This document shows, piece by piece, positions 23,005 through 24,973 of a stretch of 24,973 nucleotides of DNA (position 1 is the stretch's first letter; each line of letters begins with the position of its first letter). The position numbers and the translations under genes were made by a program. The stretch is from Tubiluchus corallicola (taxonomy: Eukaryota > Animalia > Priapulida), in NCBI GenBank assembly GCA_030141605.1, contig JAQGDQ010001801.1, positions 1 to 24,973 on the forward strand, given 5' to 3'. A model generated the notes under the pieces. The model made no database searches and was not told the origin of the DNA. It saw only the letters and a program-made list of their open reading frames with translations.

Positions 23005-23463
23005 TACACCTCCGGACAGGAAAAAACAGTCTCTTATATCCGATGTCCCTTATAGCCGAAGTTGAGTCAGACCGAGGGTGTATCTAGACCCGTACTTTTC
23101 TGTACCCATATTTTTATGGATTATTGCTAAACATTCTGTGCAAACGGTATGTAGGAAGCTCCTTCAGTGATGCGAGATGTATGTGACTGCGGAAACCGAG
23201 CTGTTCAAAGGCAGAGTTTGCGAAAAATTGAGGTTTTCACTTTATTTATAGGGTGCCTTATATGCGAGGTAATTTACCTGGGTTTCTATTATGCGGGAGC
23301 TCAAGATATCGTCCCTTATAACCAAAAGTCGCTGACATCCAATTACCTTATATGTAAAGATTTTTACATAACAAAAACATTACGAAAAATCGGGACCAGT
23401 GTTGGTGGTCCCTTGCAAGAGAGTGTCCATTATAAGCGAGTACCTTGTACCTGAGGTTGACTG
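23005..23463. mobile_element. Degenerate Tc1/mariner-type MITE
   Basis: 3' end GAGGTTGACTG|TA resembles the 17392 element, with repeated CTTATA subterminal motifs. The 5' TIR is not recognisable. Confidence 0.5.
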
Positions 23464-23517
23464 TACAAATAGGTGACAGTCAGACATCATTATAGCACTC
23501 CCCTTTATAATGTCAGC

Positions 23518-23932
23518 TAGGGGTGAGCATCGAATGTTCGAGTTTGAAGGCTTGAATCAAATTCGAACGAGTTTTTTTTAGTTCAAATTCGATTCGAACC
23601 TAAAACTATAAATTCAAATAATTCAGCATTTCAATCACATACGTTCTTTATCATTAAAGTGAATGAAACTATTAGCATAATTTAGCTGTGATTTCTGTGC
23701 ACAATTTTACACAAGTTATTGGTGGTTTTACTGCAGAATAAAATCCCGTAACATGCACGATCTTTGTAAGACTAATTTTTACTGGTGGTTCGAAAACATG
23801 TTCGAAAATCTTTCGTTCTCGATTTGAATTTGATTCGGATTTGAAACACCGCAGTTTGGTTTGACTGGAATTCGAAAGTCACAAGTTCGAGTCGATTTGA
23901 ATTCGTTTTCTGGTGGGGAATGCTCACCCCTA
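23518..23932. mobile_element. hAT-type MITE, family A copy 2 (inverted relative to copy 1)
   Basis: 13-bp TIRs TAGGGGTGAGCAT / ATGCTCACCCCTA. Its 3' end is homologous to the 5' end of 21869-22239. TSD decayed (5/8). Confidence 0.8.
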
Positions 23933-23976
23933 AAGCCAACCTCACTTAGTACCCAAACTGTAAGCAAAATAAGCTG

Positions 23977-23978
<2 letters not shown>

Positions 23979-24021
<43 letters not shown>

Positions 24022-24074
24022 CAGGGCACCTATATATATATATATGTTTATATATATATTTCTATATATATATA
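23979..24074. repeat. Interrupted (TA)n microsatellite
   Basis: TA runs interrupted by GACAGGGCACCT, which recurs at 24075. Confidence 0.9.
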
Positions 24075-24852
24075 GACAGGGCACCTCATTATAAAGCCAA
24101 ATTTCCTTAATGCGAATTTTTTGCAGTCAAACAGTAGGTGGCAGCACAAAGAGGTTTGAATGTACACAAACAGAGCGTAAGTTCTGCATGAGTTTTTAAT
24201 ATGCTGATATAGTGAAACTGTGATATAGTGAGGTTATAGTACAATTGTAGTAGTTGAGCCCTCTTCACATCTTTGACTAAGATTCCTCTTTGCCCGTTGT
24301 CCCTGAAGAATGTTCGTAAATAAATTGCCGATGCTTTGCTCTTTTCGGATGTTAAAGCTTTGGGCGGATTTCGTTAAAATTTAGCTGTTGAGAATCTCTT
24401 CACCATTTGAACCGATCCATTGAGTTCCTATTTTAGCGTAATCCATATCCGATAACTGGATGTTAAACACGACTTACGAGGGTTAATTACTATTTTAACA
24501 TTTAAAAAACAAACAAGGAGAAATAAAAGTGTTCTTGCAAACCAAAACTCTCCACAAGTCGGCATAGTTAAGACTAGAATGCACCAAAAATTTGGTCTAG
24601 TGGTATTTTTTTTTGTTTTTTGTAAAAACAAATGCTAAATGTATTGGATTTTTATATTCCAGCATCAAATTACCAATAAAATATCCAAAAATGCTAAAAA
24701 TCTAATTTTATAACTACATGTCCACTTCTCTGTCTAGAAACTAGTACTGGAATTACAAAAAATGCGTCATTTCAAACTCGGATAGTAGCTCGTGGAAGCA
24801 GTAATTTTTCTTCAGGTTTTTTTCTGTTGACAAGGCCAGATCTTTGTGAGGA

Positions 24853-24867
24853 AGCGCCATCTACTGG
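24853..24867 (-). promoter_or_regulatory. CTCF-consensus motif CCAGTAGATGGCGCT
   Basis: Exact match to CCASYAGRKGGCRS. A near match, ACAGTAGGTGGCAGCA, is at 24131-24146 (+). Binding is not demonstrated. Confidence 0.5.
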
Positions 24868-24973
24868 ATTTAAACGTAACTTCAAAGTGTTCTTGCAAAG
24901 TCTGTAGCAACCAACATTCATACGGTTTGTTAAGTGTTTTGTAGAAATGCGACAAAAAATGATGGGAAATTAT

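Noticed and set aside
24250-24430. Exon-like segment upstream of the second gene
   Set aside because: All three minus-strand frames hit stops soon after the candidate acceptor.
24525-24899. Direct repeat AAAGTGTTCTTGCAAA, possibly transposon ends
   Set aside because: There is no inverted partner or TSD within the window, so it cannot be classified.

Overview
AT-rich eukaryotic genomic DNA, most likely an invertebrate bilaterian (GT-AG introns, MITEs, CTCF-consensus motifs; no prokaryotic features). The main content is a minus-strand gene that the ORF track only shows in pieces (CDS about 17876 to 2389). Its exons splice in frame through phase-1 introns into a predicted 468-aa type I membrane protein: signal peptide, three tandem atypical Ig-like domains (FC...W-x-W...CY-x-ATL...D...Y-x-L-x-V, no F-strand Cys), one TM helix and a short tail encoded by mini-exons. 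The 3' part of the gene is duplicated as a large imperfect palindrome (1-2201 vs 2464-3891) around a 262-bp spacer that holds the only candidate terminal exon and poly(A) signals. About half of the gene span is made of ten unrelated minisatellites. One of these is an array of 11 CTCF-consensus sites and another repeats AG|GTAA splice junctions. There are two pogo/Tigger deletion derivatives, several Tc1/mariner-type and hAT-type MITEs, and the probable 3' end of a second minus-strand gene at about 20.2-22.4 kb. All long ORFs inside repeats are artefacts. The gene model comes from manual reading of splice sites, with no expression data.
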